DNA of 64,000 bases from Gordonibacter sp. (GCA_034932485.1 JAYFOQ010000014.1:33467-97466); one strand, 5' to 3'; counted from the stretch's first letter, positions 45,267-55,463 are shown. Numbers and translations: made by a program. The notes: generated by a model from the sequence alone, not told the origin.

Positions 45267-46679
45267 ATGGAACATGCTGAGCTGACAAAAAAGATAGATG
45301 CGTATCTCGAGGAAAACTGGGATGCGATGGTGGATGACATAGCTATGCTGGTGCGTATTCCTAGTTTTGAAGAGCTTGACAAGAAAACAGAGGGCGCTCC
45401 GTTTGGCCCTGGTCCTAAAAAGGCGCTTACCGCCGCACTTGACTTGGCTTCTCGCATGGGGTTTGCCACCCATGATGCCGAGGGCTATATCGGTTTCGCC
45501 GACTTCCCTGGCAAAACCGACACGCAGCTTGGCATTATTGGTCATATGGATGTAGTTCCGGCTGGTCCTGGTTGGACGTTTGAACCCTATGAGGTTACTC
45601 GCAAGGATGGCTACCTTATGGGTCGCGGTACCCTTGACGATAAGGGCCCCAGTATTATGGCCTTGCACGCTATGAAATTCTGGAAAGATCAGGGTGTCGA
45701 ATTCCCTTACACCATCCGTTTCTTGTTTGGCGCAAATGAAGAATCTGGTATGGCTGATGTGGCGTATTATCACGAGCATTATGAGGATCCAGCCTTCTTA
45801 TTTACGCCCGATGCCGAGTTCCCCGTGTGCTACGGCGAGAAGGGTGGCTTCGATGGAGTTATTACGAGTAAGCCTATCGAGGAGTGCGCGCGCGTTATCG
45901 TCGAGTTTGAGGGTGGTGCTGCTACGAATGCGGTGCCGGGTATTGCTCATGCTATCGTAAAGGCAGAGGCGAAGGAGCTGCCAAATGCCGAGCGTATAAC
46001 GGTGACCGAAGCAGGTCCCGGCTTGGCGCGCCTTGAGGCTGCTGGCAAGGGCGCGCATGCCTCCACCCCCGATGAGGGGGTTAACGCGATTGGCCTTCTG
46101 GTGGATTATCTGTTGGAGAACGGTTTGTGCGGCACCGACGAGCGAGCTTTCTTAGAGCTGGATCAAAAGTTATTGAATCATACCGATGGTAGTGGTGTGG
46201 GAATTAAAACCGAAGACGAATACTTTGGTCCCCTCACGGTTATTGGGGGTACGATTACCATCGATAATAACTGCTTTGTTCAAACGATGGACAGTCGCTT
46301 CCCCACGTCTATTACGGGTGATGATATCGCCGAGCATATGGGTAGTTTGGCTGAAGAAATTGGTGGTACGTTTGAGAACACCTTGCTTATGGTTCCCTTT
46401 TTGGTAAAACCGGAATCTCCCGTAATTCAAGCATTACTGAACGCATACAATGAAGCAACTGGTGAAGATGCTAAACCCTTTACTATGGGTGGCGGCACGT
46501 ATGCCCGTGAGTTCAAGAGCGGCGCCAGCTTTGGCCCTGAGAAACCTTGGCTGAAAAATCCTGAGTGGGTGGGCATGATGCATGGTCCTGATGAGGGCGT
46601 GAGCGAAGACCTTCTGAAGCAGTCGTTTAAGATATATGCGCTTACCCTCGACAAGCTGATGCAGCTTGATTTGAAGTAG
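45267..46679 (+). CDS. pepV: M20 family dipeptidase (PepV/Sapep type)
   Basis: GHMDVVP, GRGTLDDKGP, NEESG, TPDAEFP, GGGTYAR, HGPDE. Confidence 0.9.
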   Translation: MEHAELTKKIDAYLEENWDAMVDDIAMLVRIPSFEELDKKTEGAPFGPGPKKALTAALDLASRMGFATHDAEGYIGFADFPGKTDTQLGIIGHMDVVPAGPGWTFEPYEVTRKDGYLMGRGTLDDKGPSIMALHAMKFWKDQGVEFPYTIRFLFGANEESGMADVAYYHEHYEDPAFLFTPDAEFPVCYGEKGGFDGVITSKPIEECARVIVEFEGGAATNAVPGIAHAIVKAEAKELPNAERITVTEAGPGLARLEAAGKGAHASTPDEGVNAIGLLVDYLLENGLCGTDERAFLELDQKLLNHTDGSGVGIKTEDEYFGPLTVIGGTITIDNNCFVQTMDSRFPTSITGDDIAEHMGSLAEEIGGTFENTLLMVPFLVKPESPVIQALLNAYNEATGEDAKPFTMGGGTYAREFKSGASFGPEKPWLKNPEWVGMMHGPDEGVSEDLLKQSFKIYALTLDKLMQLDLK

Positions 46680-46699
46680 AGTTAGAACGTTGATGCATT

Positions 46700-46736
46700 C
46701 CCCCGATTCTTATTTAAGGGTCGGGGGCTCTTTTTT
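46700..46736 (+). terminator. Terminator-like hairpin after pepV
   Basis: CCCCCGA...TCGGGGG stem followed by a T run. Confidence 0.55.
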
Positions 46737-46751
46737 GAAAGGATTCTCGCA

Positions 46752-47627
46752 ATGGTCGATACCGTGCCCGATATGCCTACCTTTGGCATTGCAGATGCTG
46801 AAGGTCTCGAGCAAGTGTCCGATGGGCACATCATATTGGAGGGTCTTCCGAATACGCGCGATATCGGAGGCATCAAAGGTGCCGATGGACTTTTTGTAAG
46901 ACATGCACGGTTATTGCGTTCGGGCGCTCTTGCTGCTGCAACTGAGCGCGATCTAGAAGTGCTTGCCAATGACTATGATCTACGTTTGGTTATCGATTTG
47001 CGTACGGAAGAGGAGCGTCATGAAAAGCCCGATCCTGAAGACGCGCTTATGGATGTGCGATTTAATCACGCCCCCGTATTAAACACCGAGACCCTAGGTA
47101 TTACGCGCGGCGGCGGGTTGCGTGATGCTATGAAGATGTTACGTCAGGTGCAGAGCGATCCGGCAAAAATTATGATGGATATTTATCCGCGTATGTTGTT
47201 GGACGAGGCAAGTCAGCGTGGCTTTACCCTCTTCTTTGACCACGTGTTGGCTGCAGAAGAAGGTTCGGTATTGTGGCACTGCACCATTGGTAAAGACCGT
47301 GCAGGGTTGGCTACCATGTTGTTGCTGCACGTGCTGGGAGCTTCACCTGAAGCAATTATGGAAGACTATAAGGTTACCAACCGCTACATTGCTTCGCGTA
47401 CCCAGGAGATTATGGATGCATTGGCAGCCTATCATTTGGTTGGCAAGCTGGACGACAGCATCCATGTGATCAACTCTGCCGACCCACGTTTTTTAGATGC
47501 GGCAATTAACGCGGTTCATCATGAATTCGGTAGTTTGGATGCTTACGTTGAGAAGGCTTTGGACATTACTAGTGACAAGCGCGCGGAGCTGAGAAGCCGC
47601 TATCTCACTGATAATCCGGGTCTTTAA
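46752..47627 (+). CDS. Protein-tyrosine phosphatase, IphP/PtpB family
   Basis: NTRDIGG, RSG, DLRT, HCTIGKDRAG P-loop, EDY..TN. Confidence 0.92.
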   Translation: MVDTVPDMPTFGIADAEGLEQVSDGHIILEGLPNTRDIGGIKGADGLFVRHARLLRSGALAAATERDLEVLANDYDLRLVIDLRTEEERHEKPDPEDALMDVRFNHAPVLNTETLGITRGGGLRDAMKMLRQVQSDPAKIMMDIYPRMLLDEASQRGFTLFFDHVLAAEEGSVLWHCTIGKDRAGLATMLLLHVLGASPEAIMEDYKVTNRYIASRTQEIMDALAAYHLVGKLDDSIHVINSADPRFLDAAINAVHHEFGSLDAYVEKALDITSDKRAELRSRYLTDNPGL

Positions 47628-47830
47628 AGCATTCTTTGGAAATTTTTGTTTTCCGTTAGCGGTACCTTTAGGCACCTGGGCGTGTTGATGTGTTGATATA
47701 GCCCCTGTTTGAGTGTGTAAAAAATTGTGGAATTCGTTTATTCACGCTTTTTTGTTCTTTCCGCTTCCCATGATCTATAATAACTAGGAATAAGGCTTGC
47801 ATTATGGGGTTTGGAAGCGAGGAGGTTCAC

Positions 47831-48544
47831 GTGTTAAAAGCCATGATCGTCGACGACGAGGCTCCTGCGCGTTCTGAACTAAAGTTTCTCTTAGACGAGT
47901 TGGGACAGACCGAGGTTGCCGCCGAAGCAGCGAGTGTGCGTGAGGCTATTGAGAAGCTGAAGGATTATCCGTGTGATGTCATGTTCTTGGATGTGAACAT
48001 GCCTGAAGCTACGGGATTGCAATTGGCCGAGGCGTTGCAGCATCTGAAGTTTCCCCCTTCGGTGGTATTTGTGACAGCCTACAGCGAGTTTGCGCTTGAA
48101 GCATTCAAGGTAAGCGCTATCGACTACTTGGTGAAGCCGGTTGAAACTGAGCGGCTTTCGCAGGCTATTTCGCGCGTTCGCGAGCATGTGTCGCTGCATG
48201 TTGCAGCCCAGAAATCTGAACGTATTCCCGTCGAAAAAGGGGGGAAGAAAATTCTTATCGGCATTGATAAGATTCGCTTTGTTATGGCTCGCGACGATTA
48301 TGCTTATCTGCAAACCGATACGGATCGCTATTTTTCTACGGTTAGTTTAGCGCAGCTAGAGAAGCGCCTAGATGGCCACGGATTCTTCCGTGTGCATCGC
48401 GGCTATCTTGTGAACCTGTCTATGGTAGAAGAGATTGAGTCGGTATCGGGCGGTACGCTCCTCCTTACCCTAAATTGTAGCGACGAAAAAATACCGGTAT
48501 CTCGCCGTCGCGTCTCTGCTTTGAAAAAAGCACTAGGCTTGTAG
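47831..48544 (+). CDS. LytTR-family response regulator
   Basis: IVDDE, FLDVNMP, FVTAY, KP; FFRVHRGYLVNL and IPVSRRR; SD AGGAGG before GTG 47831. Confidence 0.93.
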   Translation: MLKAMIVDDEAPARSELKFLLDELGQTEVAAEAASVREAIEKLKDYPCDVMFLDVNMPEATGLQLAEALQHLKFPPSVVFVTAYSEFALEAFKVSAIDYLVKPVETERLSQAISRVREHVSLHVAAQKSERIPVEKGGKKILIGIDKIRFVMARDDYAYLQTDTDRYFSTVSLAQLEKRLDGHGFFRVHRGYLVNLSMVEEIESVSGGTLLLTLNCSDEKIPVSRRRVSALKKALGL

Positions 48545-48599
48545 TTCGGAATAGGGCTGGGCCGGAGGTTAGAAAAACCAAATCGGTTCTTATAATATG

Positions 48600-48631
48600 A
48601 AAGGCCGACAACCTTAGGGTGGACGGCCTTT
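48600..48631. terminator. Terminator between the convergent LytTR and rubrerythrin genes
   Basis: AAAGGCCG / CGGCCTTT stem. Confidence 0.7.
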
Positions 48632-48761
48632 GCTTTAGCGTGTCGGTGTTTAGCTAATCGATCATGCGGAATATACGGTAAGTGAGCGGCAAATTTTTGA
48701 TAATAGTCTGCGAGGGAATGTCGTCTTGGTGCTGACTTACTTGAACCTAAAGCAACGAAGC

Positions 48762-49532
48762 TTAGTATTCGCTAAAGGAGGCTTTGGGAGCTAGGCAGAT
48801 GGGACAAGCGACAAAATTTTCACCCTTATGAATATAACCGCAGATAGGGCACAGGTAATACTTGTCATCGGTGGGAGTGTCGATGGTATTGTAGGCGTCG
48901 AGGTAGCGTTCGGCGTGGTAGGCCTCAGCTAATTTCGCTCGGGTGAACACCTGCACCGCTTCGTTGTTTCCCTCTTGCTGGGCTATCTTGATGAATGCAG
49001 GATACATATCTGATGTCTCGTAAATCTCGCCGTTCGCTCCAGCGATGAGGCTTAAGTCGACGGTATGCGCGGGAACTTGAGGGGGTGTGGGAGCTTGGTA
49101 ACCGGGTTCTAGCTTCTGTACTAGCTTGGTCTCTAAGTCGATATGAATTTTTTCGGCAGCCGAGGTGCAGTGAAATAGACGGGCAATGGAGAGGAACCCT
49201 TCCTTTTCGGCAGCTTCGGCCCAGGCTGCATATTTCGTTGTGGCACCCGTTTCGCCAATGATAGCTGCCTTCAGGTTTTCCAATGTGGTGCCAACAGTGG
49301 TCTTGATGTCCTCAATAACCTGGAAATTACTTGCCGTAGCTGCATCGGGCATCGTCTTCGGATCAAGCATGTTGGCGGTGACAGCTTGATCGCTACCTGC
49401 GGCAGTCTTACTTTCTGCCTGAGCGGCTGGTTTTTCCTGTGTCGAACAACCAGCAAGTAAGCCAAGCGTTGAGATGCTTGCAGCACCGACAACGGCATTT
49501 CTCATGAATTTGCGCCTTGATAGGTTAGACAT
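48762..49532 (-). CDS. rbr: Rubrerythrin with a Tat signal and lipobox
   Basis: MSNLSRRKFM...LAGC; ENLKAAIIGE, AEKIH, GEIYE, AEAYH diiron motifs; CPICG...CPIC; SD AGGAGG before ATG 49532. Confidence 0.9.
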   Translation of the reverse strand: MSNLSRRKFMRNAVVGAASISTLGLLAGCSTQEKPAAQAESKTAAGSDQAVTANMLDPKTMPDAATASNFQVIEDIKTTVGTTLENLKAAIIGETGATTKYAAWAEAAEKEGFLSIARLFHCTSAAEKIHIDLETKLVQKLEPGYQAPTPPQVPAHTVDLSLIAGANGEIYETSDMYPAFIKIAQQEGNNEAVQVFTRAKLAEAYHAERYLDAYNTIDTPTDDKYYLCPICGYIHKGENFVACPICLAPKASFSEY

Positions 49533-49791
49533 GGGAGCCCTCCTGTTCTGGCAATATGCTTGCGCATGATCGCCTCGTGTGCGAGCGCTAGCCTCGATGA
49601 TGGCTCGCATGATAATAGTACAATATACTAATAAATAATAAAAATCAATAAACAATATTTCTGTAATTGCGTGATTGCGGGGTGCCGTTCAGCGAGAACG
49701 CATTCACATCTCCATCACAAGCCCAAACAAGGGCAAGCTTTCTCATAAAGCGTTTGCTAGAATAGAAGGAATTCCGCTGAAAGAAGGTTAC

Positions 49792-51510
49792 ATGATCTCT
49801 GGGGATATGGAAAAGCTGCATCCCTCCGCGAAAACACTCGTGAAGGAATGCGTTGCAAGTCGTGTGCGCGCAAAAGATGTAAGCCTATATGATTTTTCCG
49901 AAGATGCGCAGGCCTACGCTTGCCGCTACATGGGGTGGACCGATCTGGGCAGTAACCCGCCTTATTCGCTTAGCGATATTCAAGCTTTTGCAGACTCTAT
50001 TATAGAGCGAGGCTTGAAAACAGTGGTGCTTATCGGCCAAGGGGGATCGACGCAAGCGCCTATGACGTTAACGAAGTACAACAAACTTGATTCGTCATTG
50101 GTGGCGTTTAGAACGTTGGACTCCGATTCTCCTGTTCGTGTGCGGGCTATTCTGGCAGAAGCCGATCCGGAGTCTACGCTATTCATTATCTCATCAAAGA
50201 GTGGCGGCACCATAGAACCACGCCTCGCCCTGCAGGCAGTGCGCGATGCTCTTTCCGAGAAAATGCCTCCTGAAAAGCTTGTGAAGCATTTGGTTGCCAT
50301 TACCGATCCGGGCTCCGATCTTGAGCGTCAAGCTCAGGAAGAAGGATGGGCGGCCGTGTTCCCTGGTGAGCCCTCGGTAGGCGGGCGCTTCTCGGCACTT
50401 ACTGTTTTTGGTTTGTTGCCGGCAGCTCTTGTGGGTATAGACTTAGAAGAACTTATGGCACACGCCGTTGAGGCTGAGCGTCGTTGCAGCGAGGATGCTA
50501 TCGATAATCCAGCCATTGGTTTGGCAGCGTTTCTCTATGACAATTACCTAGCAGGACGTAATAAATTTTCCTTTCTTACACCGAAGCGTGGACGCGTGCT
50601 GGGTTTATGGATTGAGCAACTTGTTGCTGAGAGCTTGGGTAAAGATGGCCAAGGTATCTTGCCAAATATTGAAATAGACTCTCTGTTGTTAACAAAAGAT
50701 CCGGGCGATCGTACCGTTATTATGTACCAAACCAAGACGGACCTTTGGGATGAACGCCGTAACTTTGAGATGAGTTTGTCTTATATCGACCCCACCATTC
50801 CGCGTATAAATTTCAAAATTGATTCCGCAGCGGAACTTGCCGAGCATTTTGTGATGTGGGAGTACGCTATTGCCATGTGCGGCTATTTGATGAAGGTGTG
50901 CCCGTTTGACCAGCCCGATGTAGCATCAGCCAAAGCAGTCGTGCTGGATATTTTGCGCGATGGTCAACCCGAACCCGACTTTGTGCAGGATTTCACCGAC
51001 GAGGTGCAGATGGGTGAAGTGGAGGTGCGCTTGTCGCCTTGCTTCAAGGACTGTACCGATGTGAGCGGGGCTTTGCGGGCACTATTTGCTTGTATTCAAC
51101 CAGGCGATTACTTTGCTATTAATGCATTTCTGCCGTTTACGGGCGAGGGTCGTCGCGAGGCGCTTGAAATTATCCGTCATGCGGTTGCTGAAAGACGCAA
51201 AACGGTATCGTGCCTCGAAGTGGGACCGCGCTATTTGCATTCTACTGGCCAGCTTCAAAAAGGAGGACCAAACAATGGTGTCTTCCTTATTTTGTCAGCT
51301 GACGAATTGAAGGATATACCGCTGACGAACGAAGCAGCCGAGAGTTTAGGTATGCTTGCTAAAGCTCAAGCATCGGGTGATCTTTTGACATTGGCCGACC
51401 GCGGGCGTCGTTGTGTGCATTTGCACCTACCGGACAATTCCGGTGCTACGCTGCGCGGTCTATCAAGCTTGATTACTTCTATCTTGGAGAATCTTGAGGT
51501 ATCGAGCTGA
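49792..51510 (+). CDS. pgi: Glucose-6-phosphate isomerase family protein (SIS domains; resembles the PGI half of Tal-Pgi fusions)
   Basis: LIGQGGS, ISSKSGGTIEP, VAITDPGS, GGRFSALT, EQLVAESLGK, PFDQPDV, GPRYLHSTGQ. Confidence 0.82.
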   Translation: MISGDMEKLHPSAKTLVKECVASRVRAKDVSLYDFSEDAQAYACRYMGWTDLGSNPPYSLSDIQAFADSIIERGLKTVVLIGQGGSTQAPMTLTKYNKLDSSLVAFRTLDSDSPVRVRAILAEADPESTLFIISSKSGGTIEPRLALQAVRDALSEKMPPEKLVKHLVAITDPGSDLERQAQEEGWAAVFPGEPSVGGRFSALTVFGLLPAALVGIDLEELMAHAVEAERRCSEDAIDNPAIGLAAFLYDNYLAGRNKFSFLTPKRGRVLGLWIEQLVAESLGKDGQGILPNIEIDSLLLTKDPGDRTVIMYQTKTDLWDERRNFEMSLSYIDPTIPRINFKIDSAAELAEHFVMWEYAIAMCGYLMKVCPFDQPDVASAKAVVLDILRDGQPEPDFVQDFTDEVQMGEVEVRLSPCFKDCTDVSGALRALFACIQPGDYFAINAFLPFTGEGRREALEIIRHAVAERRKTVSCLEVGPRYLHSTGQLQKGGPNNGVFLILSADELKDIPLTNEAAESLGMLAKAQASGDLLTLADRGRRCVHLHLPDNSGATLRGLSSLITSILENLEVSS

Positions 51511-51539
51511 TTGCTTAAAGAAAGACACGAGGAGAGTTC

Positions 51540-53981
51540 ATGATCGAAGCGCTCGATATTCACGTAAAAGGTATTGTACAAGGGGTGGGTTTCCGCCCCT
51601 TTGTCTATCGTATGGCAAAAAAATATCTCATCAATGGTTGGGTTTTGAACGCTACTGATGGCGTATTCGTTCATGCGGAAGGTGAAGGCAAGTTGCTGGA
51701 TGAGTTCGTGCTTGAGTTATCAGACAACCCACCTGCTGCTGCGCGCGTGGAGGAAATTACACTGAAAGAAGTTCCTCTGGAGGAGTTTGACTCCTTCGAG
51801 ATTCGTTTTTCTGATGCTGCTGCGGTAGAGAAAACCACTCTTGTTTCGCCTGATCTTGCTACTTGTAACGATTGCGTGGGCGAACTATTCGATCTCCATG
51901 ATGTGCGCTATCGCTATCCTTTCATTAATTGCACGAATTGTGGGCCTCGTTTTACCATCATTGAAAAGCTCCCTTATGATCGTAAAAGTACCTCGATGAA
52001 AAATTTTCTCTTGTGCGAGCGTTGTGCGGCTGAGTATAGCGACCCTCTGGATCGTCGTTTTCACGCGCAGCCCGATGCTTGCTTTGAGTGTGGGCCTCAT
52101 CTGAGTTGGTGCGAACACGAGGGCGGTTTCATTGACGCTCCATTGAGTTCGTTGACGTGGGGAAATGCGCGCGATGAAAGCGATAAAATTCTAGCGCATG
52201 CGGTAGAATTACTGTTGGCGGGGAAGATCTTGGCTGTAAAAGGCTTAGGGGGATTTCACCTGGTATGCGATGCCGATAATCCCGATGCAGTCGCGTTGTT
52301 GCGCGCTCGCAAGCGGCGAAAGGGTAAGGCGCTTGCCGTTATGATGGCTAATGTCGCGGCTGTTCGTGGCGTATGTATGTTGAACCAGGTTGAAGAGGAG
52401 GTTCTTTCCTCTGCTCAGCGTCCCATTGTATTGTTGCGCAAGTTGATGCAGGCATCGTTTGCTCCTGGTCTGGCTGATCGGTTGCCAGAGTTGGGTGTTA
52501 TGCTGCCCTACACCCCACTGCAACACCTCTTGCTGCACGATTTTGCAGAAGTCGGGGGCCGTATGCTTGTTATGACCTCAGGCAACCAGCACGCAGAGCC
52601 CATAGTTGTTGATGACGAAGATGCCTATACGAAACTGTTCAGCATTGCCGATGGCTTTATAGGTAACGATCGTGCTATTCGAGCGCGTTATGACGATTCG
52701 GTCGTGCGTGTTATCCGTGCGGGTAAAGCCGGTGAAGCTGTGCAGTTCCTTCGGCGTGCTCGTGGTTTTGCGCCGCTGCCTCTTTCATTGAATTGGTGGC
52801 TGGAAAAAGAAGTGGGGGGTTCGGAAAAGAGCGACTCTGCGTTTTCTGTTTTTGCTACTGGTCCAGAACAGAAGAATACGTTCACGTTGACGCGTGATGG
52901 AGAGGCGTTCGTGTCTCAGCACATTGGAGATTTGGAGAACGCTGAAACCTATGATGCATGGCTTGCTGCTAAGCGTCGCTACGAAACGCTGTTTCAGATG
53001 CGCCCTACGCAGGTAGCATGTGACTTACATCCTGAGTATCTCACTTCAAAGTGGGCGCATGAACAAGGACTTCCCGTTGTTGAAGTGCAGCATCACTTTG
53101 CGCATATTGCTTCAACTATGGCCGAACATGAGCTGCTTGGACCAGTATGTGGCATTGCTTTTGATGGTACGGGTTACGGGGTGGATGGCGCTATGTGGGG
53201 CGGTGAGGTGTTACTTAGCAACTTGTCTGCGTTTGAGCGATTTGCTAATTTCGCCTATGTGCCTATGCCTGGTGGTGCGGCAGCGGTGAAGCATCCGCTC
53301 CGCATGGCCTATGGCGTTCTGTGGGCATTTGATCTACTGGAGCATCCGGGTGCTGCCGATGCGCTTGCTGCACTGGGTGAGCAGGCGAGTATTTGTGAGA
53401 AAATGATTGATCGTGGACTTAATACCCCTATGACCTCTTCGGTTGGTCGCCTGTTCGATGCGGCCAGCGCCCTGCTTGGTATCTGTGCTGAACCTACCTA
53501 TGAAGGTGAGCCAGCTATTTTGCTGGAGGCGGCCATAGGGGGGGCTTACGAACTCGACGATTACGATGGCGCTGTCGAGCGCTATGCGATTGCTGTTGAA
53601 AAGAATGCAGCTACAGAAACCAGTACCGCACAAGATACGTCTGTCATACTGCTTGATGCGGCGCATGCTTTTTGTGCGTTGCTTGACGATCGTGCTGCCG
53701 GAGTGTCTGTCTCGGTTATAGCGCGACGCTTTCACGATGCGTTTGTGCAGGCGGTGATAGATAGCGCACTTTTGGTACGCGGTGTGTACGACATAGAGAC
53801 GGTGGTACTTACGGGTGGCGTCTTTATGAACCGTTATTTGGTCGAGCATTCTCTTGCAGGGCTTGAGGCTGCCGGTTTCAGGGTGGCCGTCAACCGTGAT
53901 CTGCCGCCTAACGACGGCTGTATTTCGTTTGGACAAGCTGTGGTAGCATGGGTCACGAACAACGAGAGAAAGAAGGCATGA
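51540..53981 (+). CDS. hypF: [NiFe]-hydrogenase carbamoyltransferase
   Basis: GIVQGVGFRPFVY acylphosphatase domain, CNDC / CTNCGPR / CERC / CFECGP zinc fingers, KGLGGFH, QHHFAHI, PNDGCISFGQ. Confidence 0.96.
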   Translation: MIEALDIHVKGIVQGVGFRPFVYRMAKKYLINGWVLNATDGVFVHAEGEGKLLDEFVLELSDNPPAAARVEEITLKEVPLEEFDSFEIRFSDAAAVEKTTLVSPDLATCNDCVGELFDLHDVRYRYPFINCTNCGPRFTIIEKLPYDRKSTSMKNFLLCERCAAEYSDPLDRRFHAQPDACFECGPHLSWCEHEGGFIDAPLSSLTWGNARDESDKILAHAVELLLAGKILAVKGLGGFHLVCDADNPDAVALLRARKRRKGKALAVMMANVAAVRGVCMLNQVEEEVLSSAQRPIVLLRKLMQASFAPGLADRLPELGVMLPYTPLQHLLLHDFAEVGGRMLVMTSGNQHAEPIVVDDEDAYTKLFSIADGFIGNDRAIRARYDDSVVRVIRAGKAGEAVQFLRRARGFAPLPLSLNWWLEKEVGGSEKSDSAFSVFATGPEQKNTFTLTRDGEAFVSQHIGDLENAETYDAWLAAKRRYETLFQMRPTQVACDLHPEYLTSKWAHEQGLPVVEVQHHFAHIASTMAEHELLGPVCGIAFDGTGYGVDGAMWGGEVLLSNLSAFERFANFAYVPMPGGAAAVKHPLRMAYGVLWAFDLLEHPGAADALAALGEQASICEKMIDRGLNTPMTSSVGRLFDAASALLGICAEPTYEGEPAILLEAAIGGAYELDDYDGAVERYAIAVEKNAATETSTAQDTSVILLDAAHAFCALLDDRAAGVSVSVIARRFHDAFVQAVIDSALLVRGVYDIETVVLTGGVFMNRYLVEHSLAGLEAAGFRVAVNRDLPPNDGCISFGQAVVAWVTNNERKKA

Positions 53982-53984
53982 GAC

Positions 53985-54218
53985 ATGTGCTTGGCTATAC
54001 CTGCAAAAGTGATTGAACTAAAAGAGAATCGTCTTGCCACGGTTGATATTCTTGGAGTAACGCGTGATATCGCTGTCGATCTTACTCCGGACGTAGAGCC
54101 TGGTAGCTTTGTGCTGGTTCATGCTGGTTTTGCTATTGAGGTGGTTGATGCCGACTATGCTCAGGAGACCATTGATCTTATCAAACAGTTCCCCGAGCTT
54201 GTTGGGGAAGAAGTTTAG
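53985..54218 (+). CDS. hypC: Hydrogenase maturation chaperone
   Basis: MCLAIPAKV, VLVHAGFAI. Confidence 0.96.
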   Translation: MCLAIPAKVIELKENRLATVDILGVTRDIAVDLTPDVEPGSFVLVHAGFAIEVVDADYAQETIDLIKQFPELVGEEV

Positions 54219-54219
54219 T

Positions 54220-55320
54220 ATGACTGAGTGTAATAGTTTAGAAGCCGAGCTGGCTGCATTTAAAGACCCCCAGTTGGCACGGGGGCTTATCGATTCCATT
54301 GCTAAACTCACTTCCCAAGATGCCACTATTATGGAAGTGTGTGGCACCCATACGGTAGCCATTGCCCGTAATGGTATTCGTAACCTCATGCCTCAGGGGC
54401 TCCACTTGGCTTCTGGGCCGGGATGTCCCGTATGCGTCACAGCCAATAAAGATATTGATACCGTTATAGCGCTTACGCGTGAGCCGAACGTGACTATTGC
54501 TACCTTTGGTGATATGACGCGTGTTCCAGGAAGTACGTCAAGCTTGCTTAAAGAACAAGCGGCTGGTCGCTCGGTAAACATTGTGTATTCTCCGCTCGAT
54601 GCGTTACGCTTGGCTGAAGAACAACCTGACCGAGAGGTTGTGTTTGTAGGCGTGGGTTTTGAAACGACAACGCCGCTGGTAGCTATGGCAATCAAACGTG
54701 CAGAAGCTGCTGGATTAAAGAATTTCAGCGTATACGTAGCTCACAAAAATATGCCAGGTGCCCTAGAGGCTATTATCAATGATCCGCAACTGAAGCTGGA
54801 TGCCTTAATTCTTCCTGGGCACGTAAGCACTATTATCGGTGTGGAGCCCTATCAATTTCTGGCTGACCGCTATGGCATCCCTGGTGTAATTACGGGCTTC
54901 GAGCCGGTGGATGTGTTGCAGGGTATTGCTATGATTATGCGGCAATTGCACGAAGGCCGTTCTCAGATAGAGATCGCCTATGCGCGAGGAGTCATGCCTG
55001 AGGGAAACCCTGTAGCGCGTGCTGCTATTGATGAGGTGTTTGAAACTTGTCCTGCCATCTGGCGTGGTTTGGGTGAGATTCCCGACTCGGGTTATCGTAT
55101 TCGCGACCAATACGCCACCTTCGATGCAGTACGTCGCTTCGTACCAAAAGTTGAGCCTACGCAAGATCCGAAAGGTTGTCGCTGCGGTGATATCCTGCGA
55201 GGTATTATGGCACCGAATGACTGTCCTCTTTTTCGCACGGTATGCACTCCCGAAAATCCTGTGGGCCCCTGTATGGTATCCAGCGAAGGTAGCTGCGCTG
55301 CATACTACCGGTATTACTAA
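54220..55320 (+). CDS. hypD: Hydrogenase maturation protein
   Basis: MEVCGTHT, GPGCPVCVT, GFETT, PGHVS, CRCG...C..F...C.P..PVGPCMVSSEGSC. Confidence 0.96.
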   Translation: MTECNSLEAELAAFKDPQLARGLIDSIAKLTSQDATIMEVCGTHTVAIARNGIRNLMPQGLHLASGPGCPVCVTANKDIDTVIALTREPNVTIATFGDMTRVPGSTSSLLKEQAAGRSVNIVYSPLDALRLAEEQPDREVVFVGVGFETTTPLVAMAIKRAEAAGLKNFSVYVAHKNMPGALEAIINDPQLKLDALILPGHVSTIIGVEPYQFLADRYGIPGVITGFEPVDVLQGIAMIMRQLHEGRSQIEIAYARGVMPEGNPVARAAIDEVFETCPAIWRGLGEIPDSGYRIRDQYATFDAVRRFVPKVEPTQDPKGCRCGDILRGIMAPNDCPLFRTVCTPENPVGPCMVSSEGSCAAYYRYY

Positions 55321-55463
55321 ACTAAGTTTGGGGGTAAGGTTTCAGCGACTAATTCGTTGTTTTTTTGGCTCTATGGAAGCGAATCGGTAACGTCGTTTGA
55401 AGCTACTTGAAAAAAGTGATACTTTTATGCTGACATTAAAGAGGCTATGCAACGGGGGCATAC

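Noticed and set aside
37918-55391. Recurrent TCGGTAAC upstream of ytxH (37918), TM2 (40597) and the DGC (55384)
   Set aside because: An 8-mer picked post hoc that also occurs inside cydA coding sequence; not distinguishable from chance without genome-wide statistics
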